NCBI GenBank assembly: GCA_002633005.1
Contig: NMRA01000253.1
Span: forward strand, 321,251-385,250
Source of the DNA: Phoronis australis
Taxonomy: Eukaryota; Animalia; Phoronida
DNA: 64,000 nt
Direction: 5' to 3'
This document shows, piece after piece, positions 50,958 to 64,000 of this stretch. The notes below the pieces were generated by a model that had not been told where the DNA came from, did no database searches, and was given only the letters and a program-made list of their open reading frames with translations. The translations under genes and the position numbers were made by a program. Within the stretch, counting starts at the first letter, position 1. Each line of letters opens with the position of its first letter.

Positions 50958-53900
50958 TGTTAATGACACACGAAATTGTGTGGGATGACGGAGGAACGAA
51001 CAAGAAACACATCTTCTCAGTTCAAAACTATATTCGTCACCAAAGAAAAATGGGGTTGCACATGCGCGGCGACTAGCGCGCCACCTATAGTTATACAGTA
51101 ACTTCAACTGTGGTTCATGCAACAGCCAATAGATGGGAGTCCGAAACATACTCCCCCCTTTGACAATAATTAGTGTCTTTAAATGAATGTCTTCTTCATT
51201 TAAACAAGTGTCTCTTTAAGAAAACAGCTATGAAGCAACACAGCTAGTTACATCAAATTACAAAGATCCAGTTCTTCAGCATCAACACCACACAACAGGG
51301 CAGAGCACGTCGTACACCCTACAATTCGAGCCTTTGCACAGGCTTCACAACACGTCCATATCTAGTCATGACTTGCGGTAGGTGTGGTGTATCATCAACA
51401 GCATCATCAACCATACCTTGGTTAACCTCTGGGTTCTGAACACAATGAGCGTAAACTTCTAAATTATATAACCTTTGAATAGGTCTAACAATAGTACCCT
51501 TAGAAGTCTTAATTTCAACACATCGCACAATGTTGTCTCTACCTGGGTATAACTGACTAATAATGCCCATGGGCCACTTGCACCTGGGGATATTGTCTTC
51601 CCTAATTAATACCAAGGCACCTTTTTTCACAGTACCACTTACTGAGAACAGTTTTGTCGCCAAAGGCGGCAAATTCCTGATGTAATCTTTGCTCCAAACA
51701 TTCCAAAAATGTTCTAGACTCTGATTGTAAATCACATCTCTCTCATAAAAATCTTGGCTAATAATGGTTGCTCATCTTCAATAATATTGGTTCTGAAATT
51801 GACATGATTTCTCCCAATCAAGAAGTTAGATGGAGTCAATGGCCGAGATGAATCTAGATCATATCCAAAAAAAGTTAAGGGGCGTGAATTAATGCACGCT
51901 TCAATTTCAATGAGCATAGTTTCTAACTCTTGCCTACTAAGACAACGCTTGCCGACAGATTTTCTCAGAGCTGATTTAACGCTACGTACTAACCGCTCCC
52001 AGCAACCTCCCCACCAGGGAGATCTAGGAATAATAAATTTCCAAGTGGGTGCCTCAGGACCAAGAAATGACTTTAATTTGTCATTAGCTGATTTAAAAGT
52101 CTTAGCGTTATCAGAATATATTACAGTAGGCATACCTCTCCTTGCGCTAAACTTTCTTAGAGCAAAAATGAAATCTTGAGTAGTTAATGACTTGTCAATA
52201 CAATATAATGGGCCGGCAAAATCTAATCCCGTTACGGTGAATGGCGGTGCAGATTGAACGCGTAAACCAGGAAGTGGTGCGATAGTCTGGCTACAGGCCT
52301 TAGCGTCATATCTTTGACAGGCAACACACTTCCGTTTTATTTGCTTAACTAAACGTCCTACAATCCAATAAGTGTTTCGTAATGAAGAAATCAATGTAGC
52401 AACACCAGCATGTTTCAAATTCAAATGTTGAAATATTATTATTAACTCAGCCAAATGACGTTTTGGCAAAATAATCGGATAATTCTCGTCATAGCTGAGA
52501 TTAGAGTACGTTGTTCTACCCTTCCCTCTAAGCAAACCATCTTTCTCAATAAATGGAGCCAGCTTAAATATTGGTGAACTTTTATGTACAGGTTTATTAG
52601 AGCGTAATTTTCACACTGAGCTTGCTTTATGAGTATCAATTTAGCACTCTGCAATTCACTATGTGATAAATCACCAGTTTCTTTCGGATTCGCTCTGAAC
52701 TTCAAGTTACTGATGAATCTTCTAACATAACCAATAATACGAACAGCTTTGGTAAATGAACTCCATCTTTGTACCACAAATAAAGCAGGTTTCACTTCTC
52801 CTTCTACAGAAAGCAATGCTGAAGATTTAAACTCATCAGCCATTAAACTATCCTCAAAGTTCAACTCAGTCTCACAAAGTGCAGTTATTTCATATTCACT
52901 TTGTTTACCCAACCATGGGGGGCCTTTTAACCACAAACCACAATTTGACCCAATTAAACTGTCTGCAGTAATTCCCCTGGTAAGTAGGTCAGCAGGGTTC
53001 TCAGAACTTTGACAATAATTCCAGCGCGAGGGATCAGTTAACTCTTGTATTTCATTTACTCTATTACAAACAAATGCCTTCCATCTAGACGCATCCCCTT
53101 TTATCCATGCTAAGACAATTTGAGAGTCTGTCCAACATTTATAAGAAACATCATTTCCTAGTTTTAGGGCTTTGTGAACAAATTTCAACAATCTTGCACC
53201 AACTAAAGCACCGAGTAGCTCCAAACGTGGTAAAGTCATCTTTTTCACCGGAGCTACCCGAGCCTTAGCCATGACCAAGCCAACATCAAATGTCTCATGT
53301 CCTGTGGGTGTTTTCAGATACACACATGCACCATACCCTTTCTCCGATGCATCACAAAAAACATGCAACTCAGCATTATTCAAATCTGACAAGGGTGAAT
53401 TGCTGAAACATCTAGGAATGTTCCAATTCTTGAGTTCATCAAGACCATTAACCCATAGTGTAAATGAGTCAAGTAGGCAAACAGGCAATTCCTCATCCCA
53501 ACTAAATCCTAGTTTCCAACACTGTTGAAATAATATTTTGGCAGTCATCACAAAGGGGGCAATAAACCCAAATGGATCAAATAACTTGCTAATCCGACTG
53601 AGAACAATTCTCTTAGTGAAAATGAGTCCAACAGGAGGTTTAATAGCATCAAATGTGAAACACTCCAATACTGAATTCCAATTGATTCCAAGGACTTTAG
53701 TAACAGCCTTGTCATGAGTATTAGAAAATTCCTTAGAAAATATCTCAGTCAGTAACCTGCTATTAGACTTCCACTTAGTGAGTGACATGCCAGCTTCAAG
53801 CATAATATCATAGGCTTCTGAAAACAAATTGCGAGCTTCAGCTTCAGTATTTGCTCCTGAGAGCCAGTCATCAACATACAGATTATCTACCAGTTCGCTT

Positions 53901-55796
53901 ACAGCGAAAGATTCTCGGTGAGAACTCAAATGATATTGAATAGTAGCATTTAGCAAAAATGGACTGCTTCTGTTCCCGAATGGAACTCTAGTAAATCTCA
54001 TAACACGAGTTGACCCATCATAGTTCCAAAAAACCTATGGACATCCCTGTCCTCTGGTTTGACCAGAATTTGCAAAAATGCTTTTGTGATATCACCCGTG
54101 ACAGTATATTTCCACCTACGGAATCTAAGCAAGATTTCAACCAAATCTGGTAAAAGGCATGGACTTGTTTCCATACAATCATTTAATGAGACTCCATTAA
54201 AGCCCGCAGCTGAAGCATCAAACACATGTCGGACTTTGGTAGTAACACTATGCTCCCTGATCACAGGATGATGAGGGAGGTACCAGATAGGAAAGGAACC
54301 CGTTAATTCATCAGCAGGAACCTCCTCTATCATACCCTCAGACTCAAGGTCAGTGAAATATCTATTATACTTCATCTCTAAATCAGGATTACCCAATAAT
54401 CTCTGTTTGAGTTTATCTAATCTACGTTTAGCCAATTTCTCGTTATTGACCAAGACCCCTGGGTCTAATTTCCAAGGCAAAGATACCTCATAGCGATTCC
54501 CTACTTTAGAAATCGACTGATTAAAACTATCCAATACATGGAAGTCAGAGTCGTCAGACTCAGGGACCACACCTCAAAACTCCAAAAGTTACGCAACTGC
54601 GCATCATTCACGTCAGGACAAAGCATCTGAGTGCTATACTCGGGACGTTCAGAAGGGAAATGATTACTCACAGAACCCGACAGTACCCACCCAAACTTGG
54701 ATTGTTGGGCAACTAGACCAGTATTTGGCAATCTAGTAAGTGTATCTGACATAATCATCCAATATTGGTCATTACCAATCAAAATATCAACACTGAGGCA
54801 CATAGACTCAGAATAAGCATCAGCTAATTCCCCTATTGGGACAGATTTCAAAATCTCACTGGGTACCCCAACTCTCTTCAGAGGTTTGCAAATGACCGGC
54901 ACCTTAATACACTGAATAGTAGAAGTACTATTATCTACGTTACTCAAACTAATCTCATAAACATTATGAGGTTTACTCTTAGAGGACTCACCTCCACCAA
55001 ATGTAGAGTAACTAATGGCTTGAGAGCCCTCAGTCAGAGTCAGGCCTGCTATGATCTGAAGAGCTTCACCCTTCAACAGCGAACGCAAAATAGGTAAACT
55101 TGTTGATAGCAGGAACTTTATCATTTGTGTGTACGACCGCTTTGAACTGGTCAGAGAAGGTGGTCCATTCCACTAAAGTGCCCGAAAAATGAGGTAACTC
55201 TAATTTCGGCAGTCTGACTTGAGCTTCCAACGGCGACCCCGCAGATGTTCCACTCACGTGTCCGAAGCCATTTTTATTTTGCAAACATTTATTCCCTTTG
55301 GTTAGGACAGATAAAATAAAGTCCCTGTGCGGACCAGCAGACTGAATCTCAGCCTCCAACGAATCTTCGTCCATAAAGGACTCAACTTCATCCTGCTTTA
55401 AGTCCAGGACAGACAGTTTTTGACTTAAGTCGCTGACAAGTGTTTTAACCAATTCACGATCCGGGGTGCTTTCGTTCAACACCTTGGTCAAATTGTTCGC
55501 TGAGCGCGAACTCCATATTTTGGCAGACGTCCGCCCTTTCCTTGCCTCCTCCATTCTAGAGCAAGCTGAAATCTAAAACCTAGAATCCCGGGTTTCGGCA
55601 GCAATTGTTAGTGACACACGAAATTGTGTGAGATGACGGAGGAACGAACAAGAAACACGTCTTCTCAGTTCAAAACTATATTCGTCACCAAAGAAAAATG
55701 GGGTTGCACATGCGCGGCGACTAGCGCGCCACCTATAGTTATACAGTAACTTCAACTGTGGTTTATGCAGCAGCCAATAGATGGGAGTCCGTAACA
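50958..55796 (-). mobile_element. BEL/Pao LTR retrotransposon, frameshifted and partly deleted
   Basis: 191-bp LTRs at 50958-51148 and 55606-55796 (TGT..ACA, 6 differences). PBS TGCTGCCGAAACCCGGGA (tRNA-Phe-like, 55586-55603). PPT at 51149-51162. ORF pieces 55554 to 51319: gag LPKLELPHFSG, RT YLPHHPV..FDASA..YVDD, RNase H FCDASEKGYG..LPRLEL..NPAD, integrase GLDFAGP..YSDNA..PWWGG.WER and DUF5641-like tail. Confidence 0.96.
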
Positions 55797-58410
55797 GCCT
55801 TAGTCAGGTCTATGAAGACTGAGTAGAGGGTCATTTTCTGTTCAGTGCACTTCTCTTGAACCTGTCTCAGAGCGAAGATCACGTCCACCGTACAGCGTCC
55901 TGGCCGGAAGCCACACTGCAATTCCGGTAGATTATGCTCTGAGACGGTGACAAGTCTGTTCAGAATGATGCGAGCGAATATCTTGCCGGCGATAGAGAGC
56001 AATGAGATGCCCCTGTAGTTTCCACAGTCCGCTTTGCTTCCCTTGTTTTTGTAGAGAGCAACGATCAAGGCGTCGCGGAAGTCGTCTGGCATGACCTCTT
56101 CCTCCCAGATGCTGTTCAGGATGTCGTGGAAGGCTGATATGGTGACTGGACCTGCTGCCTTATAGATCTCAGCAGGGATGCCATCCTTTCCTGAGGCTGT
56201 GTCACTATTCATCTGGGATATGGCTTTCTCAATCTCCTCTATGGACGGTGGTAAGTCCAGTTCTTTAAGCATGGGTTGCTGCGGGATCTGTTCTAGAGCA
56301 GAAGGGTCAACTGTGGATGGCCTGTTTAGCAGAGTGCTGAAGTGTTCAGCCCAGCTGTCTCTTAGTCCTTCCTGGTCTTTGATGAGGCTCGATCCGTCAG
56401 AAGACAACAAAGGAAAGCATCCTATTATAGAAGGGCCATTCACTGATTTTAGGGCGCTGAAGAACTTCTTAGAGTTGTGGGAGTCAGCATGTTGTTGAAC
56501 TTCTTCAGCCTTTCTCTGCCACCACTGATCTTGCATTTCCCTCAGTTCCAGCTGCGCTTTGCTCTGTAAGTGTTTGAACCTGTCCTTCTTTGAGACGGAC
56601 GATGAATCATTCTGCCACTCTACATAGGCTTTCTTCTTGGCATCAAGGGTTGTAGAAATGGCTTCATCGTTTTCATCAAATCAGTCTTGGTGCACCCGGG
56701 GATTCGGTCCCAGTACCGTTTCTGTGGTTTCTGTCACGGCCTCCTTGAACTGCACCCATTTCTCAGTGCTGGTTCCAACAAGTGGCGTGTTGCCTGATAG
56801 CGTGTCGTCCAGGGAATCCTGAAACCGATGAAGGTGTAGAGGATGCTTTAACCTGGCTGTGTTGAACGATGCCCTGATGATTATCTGCCTGTTGCGCTGC
56901 GGGGGAACGATGTGCACGTTGAAAAGAGATCGCACTAGCCTGTGATCTGTCCAGCATTCAGCGCCCCTCCTTACCCGGGTAATCTTGACATCCTGCATAT
57001 CCCCTAGCGAACGATGACAAAGTCAATCATGTGCCAATGTTTGGACCTGGGATGCATCCAGGTGGTGTTGTACTTGGCTGCTAGTCTGAACATAGTGTTG
57101 GTGATACACAGGTTGTGCTCAGCGCATTTACTTAGTAGGAACAGGCCGTTGCTGTTGAGTTTACCTACTCTGTGCCGTTCCAACACACCTTCCCATCTAC
57201 TGCTGTCATTTCCGACTCGGGCGTTGAAGTCTCCGAGGATTACAAGCTTGTCGTTCGGAGGAGTTGTTCCTTGACTTCTTCGGGACTAGTGAGCGTTGGG
57301 GCGTAGGCGTTGATGATGGTGATGTGGCGAGATTTGTTCAGTGGGAAGCGAAGCTTCATTAGGCGCTCATTGACCCCAGTGGGAAGAGTAGGGATGTCCT
57401 GCAACATGGTGGACCTGATACCAAATCCTAATCCATAAATTCTGTCTTCAGCCTCTGGTTTCCCTTTCCATAAGAATCTGTAGCCTCCCTTCTCCTCTTT
57501 CAGTGGCCCTTCATCAGCGAATCTCGTCTCGCTGAGAGCTGCAATGTCTACACGGTAGCGTTGGAGCTCTACAAGTGCAGTCCTTCTTTCTGGTCTGGCT
57601 GCAGTGTCTCTATCCATCAGTGTTCGGACGTTCCATGCTCCGAAGATTAGTTTTCTTTTGTTCTTTTTTGATCGACCGCATGTGGATGATCTGCCAGCCG
57701 CGGTAAGCTTGCCAGACTTGATGGGGCAAGCAATGTTTGGGATACCTTTTCTAACCCCCTCCCTCGTGCGAGGATGGGCAGTGCTGTCCTAAAGAGGCTG
57801 CCCAGTCGCCCTGGATGCTGCCGGACTTCTCTGTTGACCTGGGTTCAGAGAAAGAGCGACCACTGGTCCGAAGGCCACCTACGTGCAGGTTCGTGGCTAC
57901 AACTGCCAGTGATAATCTTCACCCGTTGCTTCGTCACTCCCCCATTGCCGCAGGACTTGAAAGATGCAGATAGGAAATGATGAATCACACAACAAACCTG
58001 TGCGTGATGGTTTTTAAAGTGGTAAAGCCGTTGCACTGGGGCAATCCTACTCTCTCGGCTGAGGAAACCTTGATCCAGTGGCACAGAAAACTGTTACGGC
58101 TGGAGGTTACCCCTGCTGCAGTGGATGACCATGACTTCTTTGGTGCCTCGTCGTGCTCTGAGCGCTCCTCAGCGCTTGCTGAAGCCGCCGTCTTGACCGT
58201 TGGACCACTGGGGGTCTCTTCCGCTCAGTCTGCCGGAGCCAGTCTTCACATGCTAGGGTAGTCAGTCCCTATCTCACCGAGGGTTTGAGACCCGTCGGCT
58301 ACCCTCAACCTGGTTTTCCCCGCCTGTCGAAGCGGTGTCCCGGGGTCTGGCCGCTGCGCATGCTACAGCTACTTGGAGCCACGGGTGAGATCCGAGGACA
58401 GGTGGGGACC
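55797..58410 (-). mobile_element. RTE-clade LINE: 5'UTR, endonuclease and N-half of RT; 3' half missing
   Basis: GAWNVRTLMD..PERRTAL..DIAALSETR..NAYAPTL..GDFNARVG..TWMHPRSKHWHMIDF..CWTDHRL (APE), then GKDGIPAE..YKNKG..CGNYRGISLLS..QCGFRPGR..FIDLTKA, cut by the BEL LTR. GC-rich 5'UTR extends to ~58410. Confidence 0.93.
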
Positions 58411-58974
58411 TTACAAGTATTCATTCATTAAGAGACGTGCAAGTTTTCAAAAAAATGAAACTGCGTTACTTACTGACAGGAATTGAAAACTGCAGCTATA
58501 CGTGTGAAACCTTGAACTGGTAGTCCCGTTTCCAGTAACCCAATTGGTACATGTTGAAGCTTCAACTAGTACTGCAATTTTTTATGATTAATTTTTATTT
58601 TATTGAAAATTACTTTTTTAATGTTTATTACGAAATCTTCAGAATACAATGAATATACATAACCCAGAAAGCGCCAAGAGGCATTGAAAATTACTTGATT
58701 AATCTTCAACTTGTACAGCAGTTGAATTCATAATCACTGTCATGAAACGTGAATGACTTTTACTTGATTAGTCTTGAAAATCTGGTAGTTCATTTTTATG
58801 ATCAACTTGATTTTAAGCGGCAACTACGCGTTGAAGCATCATCAACTAGTTGGAGACCTGATGGCCAATGTGATTTTACTTGAGCGACGTCTCAGTACTT
58901 GCTAAAATTTTCAACCGGTTATTGGTTTTGCGGTGACCATTATTATTGAACTTGTCTGAAACTAAATGGTGGAT

Positions 58975-59746
58975 GTATTGTTCTAAAACACTCTCGACCC
59001 CCACCCCCCGACCCACGACCTCCTCGATCCACAAAACCTCAACCCACGACGCATGATCCACGACCCCTTCGACCCACGACCTGTGGCAATAGAGGTATTT
59101 CTTCGCATTTTACATTTTTGAGTGACTTTCCCTAGGTCAGTTCTGGTGATTAAAAACACTGAAGTGAGAACGTGATCTGAAATAGAGGATTGTCAGCGTG
59201 CTATCGTTGTCAAGGAAATAGTTCTACGAGCGACTACCGATGGCCCAGTTTTACTAAACTTAGGGAGAGAGTGCGTTAATGAGGATATATGTAATTTTAC
59301 AATTTCATTATTTGCTGTCTACTATATACTCGTTTACAAAATACTCCATTTTACGTTGAAATACTTTTTAGTTAACAGTTAGTTTTTTCCAAACTGTAAT
59401 TACAGTAGTTATGAAATTACAGTTTTGTCGGTTCCTGACATTCTCCGCAAAAATCTTGAATCTGCCATTCACTGAAGAGTAGACGATACGATTACATGTT
59501 ATTTGTGACTTTGGTAGGTCATTGATTTGATTTGGAAGCGTTTTCTTCTGTTTTTGGCTTTCAAACTTGCCGAAGCGACTCTCTTAATTGCACATAACAG
59601 GGAAACGCCAGCCAAGCTCACGGCCCAACTCATTGGTCCTGCAAGTCAGTCGACAGGGTTGTAGGTCGTGGGTCGAGGAGATCATGGGTCGTGGGCCGAG
59701 AGGGTCGTGGGTGGGGTTGTCGCCCCGGGGGGTTTTAGAACAATCC
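58975..59746. mobile_element. MITE with long TIRs made of CGACCC/GGGTCG repeats; related piece at 43085-43330
   Basis: ATTGTTCTAAAAC..(CGACCC)n is mirrored by (GGGTCG)n..GTTTTAGAACAAT. 59540-59650 matches the reverse complement of 43205-43320. Confidence 0.7.
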
Positions 59747-60863
59747 ATGTTGGATCTCCGACAGAAGTTTGAAACTCCGATGGCCAGATTGAATAACTGG
59801 ACCCGGTCTCTAATCTTTTTACTCGAAACGGAACTCGAAATTATGTTTGGCATTTTCTACTCTGTTTTATTGTGCGAACTCAAAAATAAGTGTCTATTAT
59901 TCTATGCACGGGTGCATAGTGACTTACATGTATAATGTATTAGTCCTAAATTGCACTTAATAAATCCAAAATTAAGACTAAAAGTTTGAGATTTTACTAG
60001 AGTTTGTAGCATTCATATGCGTAAAAGTATAATGCTTTCGAGCGCAGTCTGATAACCACCATGTTTAATATGATTGATCAACATTATATAACTTTAATCC
60101 CTTATACGCGACAAATTAAGCCCTTATATATCGACAGCTGAAAATATTTTTATATGTTTGGATACTTCTTTGTAATAAGTGCTAAGTATTTAAAGTTGCT
60201 TGCTTAGTTGACGCAAACCAACATCACTACCTGGTTCCATTCAAATTTTGTCAAGCTCAGCTACTATTGCGGGAAATACTTTCTAATGAATAGTTTTTGT
60301 TCTGATAAAATCTATGGAATCAAAAAAATTCTGCATTACCACTGTATTCATATCCACCTAGCAACCACCATATCGCACTATTTGACCTGTCCTATTTTTA
60401 TACACATGGAAATTTTCACCAAAACATGCAAATATAACCTTTCTAGGTACCAGGACCGATGTATGTCGAAAAGGGACTGGTATTCAATATCCAAAGTACA
60501 AAAATGTAATTTTGCTCTGAAATGTAATAACATCCATTTGCACGTGCATTCGTTTTGTCATACCACCTAATTTATGTGTACCACCTCAAAATAAGTTATT
60601 GGTAATGCTATAGAAAAGACACTGAGATTTGTAGACGAAGGTTACGGGGAAAATGGAAGGTCTCATGTTTTTTTTTGATTTCAAGGATTGAAAATGCGCA
60701 TTTTGAATGCAAATTAATTGTTGTAATTGCCTTGTAATATAACGCAGTGACTAAAAGTGTAAGTAACAGTAAAAACATTAGTTAGTATGCAGTATTATCC
60801 TGCTTACACTTTGTTTGCTCTGCGGGTTGTTGATTATATCAAAGTTGTCATCAAACTCTTGCG

Positions 60864-61360
60864 ATTTCACAAAGGTGGTTTAAAGTTAAACCTGGTATAA
60901 ACTGGACTTGGAATAGGTTTAAAGAAAATCTGCATTTCATAAAGGTGGTTTAACTTTTAGTACGGTGGTTTAACTCCAATTTAGACCTGGTCTAAGTTAG
61001 TTTTCATTTCACCAACGAGGTCTACATATATTCCTTAGACCTGTATTCAGATTTTAAACCAGGCTTAACTTTATACTTGGTCAGACACAGGTTAAATACT
61101 ATTACATATGGCAGACTTGTATGATATAGGTGCAACTGAATATGCATTTACGACGCAGTTTTAGAGCGAGAACGGGCTAATTGCAATATTCAGCCTTAGG
61201 ACTATGCAAGCCTAAATGTAACAGGGGCATCAAGAATTATAAGAAGGAGGGCATGGGTCAACAATTTGAATATTATATATTTGATATCTCTAAAGTCAAG
61301 GGAAGGGGGTTCCAGACCCCTTGAACCACTGGATACGCCTATACGTAGACCAGTATGTAT
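60864..61360 (+). repeat. Second copy of the 30570-31130 interspersed repeat
   Basis: Co-linear shared blocks (see the 30570 entry). Confidence 0.75.
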
Positions 61361-64000
61361 TGAATGGTGTCGTTCGGATTCCTCAGAATGTGACGGGCCG
61401 AGCAAAGCGTCATCGTCGTCACGGGTATGACTCAAAAAGCCATCTAATGATTCTTCTGACCGAGCTCCATCTTTATTGGTCCCCGACATAAGGTTGCCGG
61501 GCAGGGTTCCTGCCCCCTTTTTGGACACAAAAATAAACAGTCAAATGACACGAAATAAAGTTGTGCACTTACCATGTTGCGTCTAGTCGTGAGCAAGTGC
61601 ATTAATGTGTGTACGTGTGTTGGACACAATCATTACAATGTGAAAAAGAAGGCCCTCTCTGGATATCCTGGATCTGCCACTGGGACCTTTACAGTTTTTC
61701 GTCGCAAATTTTTCATTGATAAAATTTTCTTTCTTACAATTAAAAGTGGGTTGCTGCATTTCTCTGTTAGTGGGAACTGTGCAGTGAGTCAGGAGCATTT
61801 ATCTCTCCAAGCCTGCTGCTTACGTTGACTTGAAGGTATATGCTCCTACATATTTATATGCATGATATTGTTATCCCTGTCCATCAGCTGATATATTCCC
61901 AAAACCTCAATTTGAAAATTCGTGAAATTTTGTAGATGTTAAGTGATTTTTGAAAGGCTATGACTGATATGGAGGATAGCATGAGTACATTTTCAGAGGA
62001 GCGCCACTGCTGAGGTTCTTCGTAGTGGTCATGTTTGATTTTCAATCGACAGTTGGTATCTATTTAGGAGGTGATCCTGCATTCTTGTTTTATATTTAGT
62101 CAAAGTAATCTGCGTCACTTGGTTTCCATTTGAACTATTTCCGAGACTGTTTTGTTGGCCAAACTTCAGTAAGGTTGATCATGAGAATTACTCTACGTAT
62201 ACATCACATGTTTGTCAGAGACGTCACCAATGCTAAAGTTTGAAATATCTCTACAGCAATCAGGGTCTTTTCAGACTTTACTAAAGGTAAAAAATGGGAC
62301 CTAAAATCTAGCGTGTTTGAGCACTAACAAGTCCAACCATTTGTCGTGGTACAGAAAATATCTCCATCTATCTTCGATTAATTGTCATATGTAGCAACGT
62401 AAAATAAGACTTTTCACTACCATTCGTAAAACCTGTGAGGGGTATTTGGAGTCCAACAACTCCAACTATTCGTAGTGTTACAGCGTATCTCCTGAACCCC
62501 TTACAGGATGTTTACATTTGGCCATTGTATTAGTATGAAATTGACAATAAATGTATACCACTTTTGGACAGATACAACTACCACACTGCCCCCTGTTGCA
62601 AGTGTTTCCGTATCTTTGAAGATCTTAGATGGATTTTCAAGAAATTTGGCAAAAGATATATCAACATGGATGAGACAACACCACCTTTTCATTTTTGGTG
62701 GAGTTGTAGTATTCTAGGCCACCTTGTGGCTGTTTTTTGGCTTTGAAGCTTGATTCTTGACGTGTTTCAGCCAAATCGATCTAAAATTGGCATGTGTTCA
62801 CTAAGTACAAGTTCTTTAACCGATCTTCATGAATCTTGGCAAGTGTTGTCATTGAGAAGAGTACGACGTAGGTGGATTTTAGGACCAATATGACTACGGC
62901 TAATTTGCATGGATATTTTTTTTTCCTTTTGCATTCATATCTACATGTACCAAGCTCAGGGAATTATGCAAATAATTTACAATCCTTGACGTCAGCACGT
63001 GCCCCGTTTTGGATAGAACTGGTTTTAATATTATGTGTATTTTGGCAAATGCCTCGTGTGAAAAACTTAATTCATAATAAGATGTGCTTAGGTGATTCAT
63101 ATTAAAATTTAATCAAAACTTGAGTATTACCGGGAACATTGTGGCTAATATATTTAATGTTATATCTGGTTAATGTGGATTGTTTATTGATGAGATAGGT
63201 GTCGATAAATGCAAAACTGACATCTTATTTTTATGAATCACAATATTTTTATTTACGGCGCTTTCAAAGATTATTCAATGATGTTATCTTGGATTTCTAA
63301 CACTGTAAAGCCCAGGAAAGAGTTAGTGAGCGGCTTTCCGCTAACCCAAGGGAGTATTTCGCCGTGTGGTTTACTGTTTCTGATAGGTATTTGGAGTTTT
63401 TGATATCACATTGGATGGACATGGAAAAGCAACGAGCGATTTTATTATCTGGTATTTTCTCGAGTATCCACATTACCCGATCACACTTACACCGTAGGCA
63501 AAAGAGAAGGACCATTGGGGAAACAGTTCATGTCTTGAGACATAAAGCTCCATTCACTCAAGAAACAAATTTAATCGTTCACAGAATTATTATTTACTTC
63601 AGCCAAAATTACTAAACTTGGTGTTTTCTTAGCCTGGGTTCCTGAATGAATTGTACTTCCGGGTTCGTGGCAAGTTCAAAATGGCGGTGGTTATTCGGGT
63701 GCAAATCGTGAGTGGCGCGTTCATTTAAACTTTTTTAGAGTACGGATCGTGTATTAGTTATGGGGTAGGTACTTCACGCATCCTTATAACATCATCTAAC
63801 CATGTGATAAGGGTTAACAACGTGTGAGACCAGGACTTTAATGGTCCCTGAACGCTTCCCAGAACTGTCACTTGAGAACGTTTAATTATGAATAGATGTA
63901 CGTTTAATCAGTAAGTTCGGTGCGTGGCATAGTTTTGATCCGAAACGAAAACGATTATTTTGTATTTTTCTCATACGCGTTGAATCAGTCGAGTGCAATA

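Noticed and set aside
61700-63600. Assorted 60-85 aa ORFs
   Set aside because: No recognisable domains or consistent splice structure; typical AT-rich intergenic noise.

Overview
AT-rich, repeat-dense eukaryotic (animal, probably marine invertebrate) genomic DNA with one assembly gap (25394-25742). It is not prokaryotic, and most entries in the ORF track are noise. Two host genes that the ORF track misses can be read by hand. (1) An intronless LRR + LRRCT + Ig receptor-like gene of at least 899 aa on the minus strand (2698 to <1). (2) A small spliced gene (coding exons 41985-42066 and 45124-45233) encoding a 63-aa prepropeptide: signal peptide, acidic pro-piece, RGRR site and a 28-aa six-cysteine CSab/defensin-type peptide. 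Two heavily decayed LRR-receptor-like relics may lie between them, hinting at an innate-immune neighbourhood. The rest is transposon relics: a TIR-bounded Kolobok carrying convergent THAP-transposase and KolX (P2X7-ballast-like) pseudogenes, two more Kolobok pieces, two Academ relics, a BEL/Pao LTR element abutting an RTE LINE, Gypsy LTRs with an integrase fragment, CR1/L2-type LINE ends, a tandem array of Helentron/HINE-like units, MITEs, SINE heads and microsatellites. All family assignments come from manual translation and motif recognition, not database searches.
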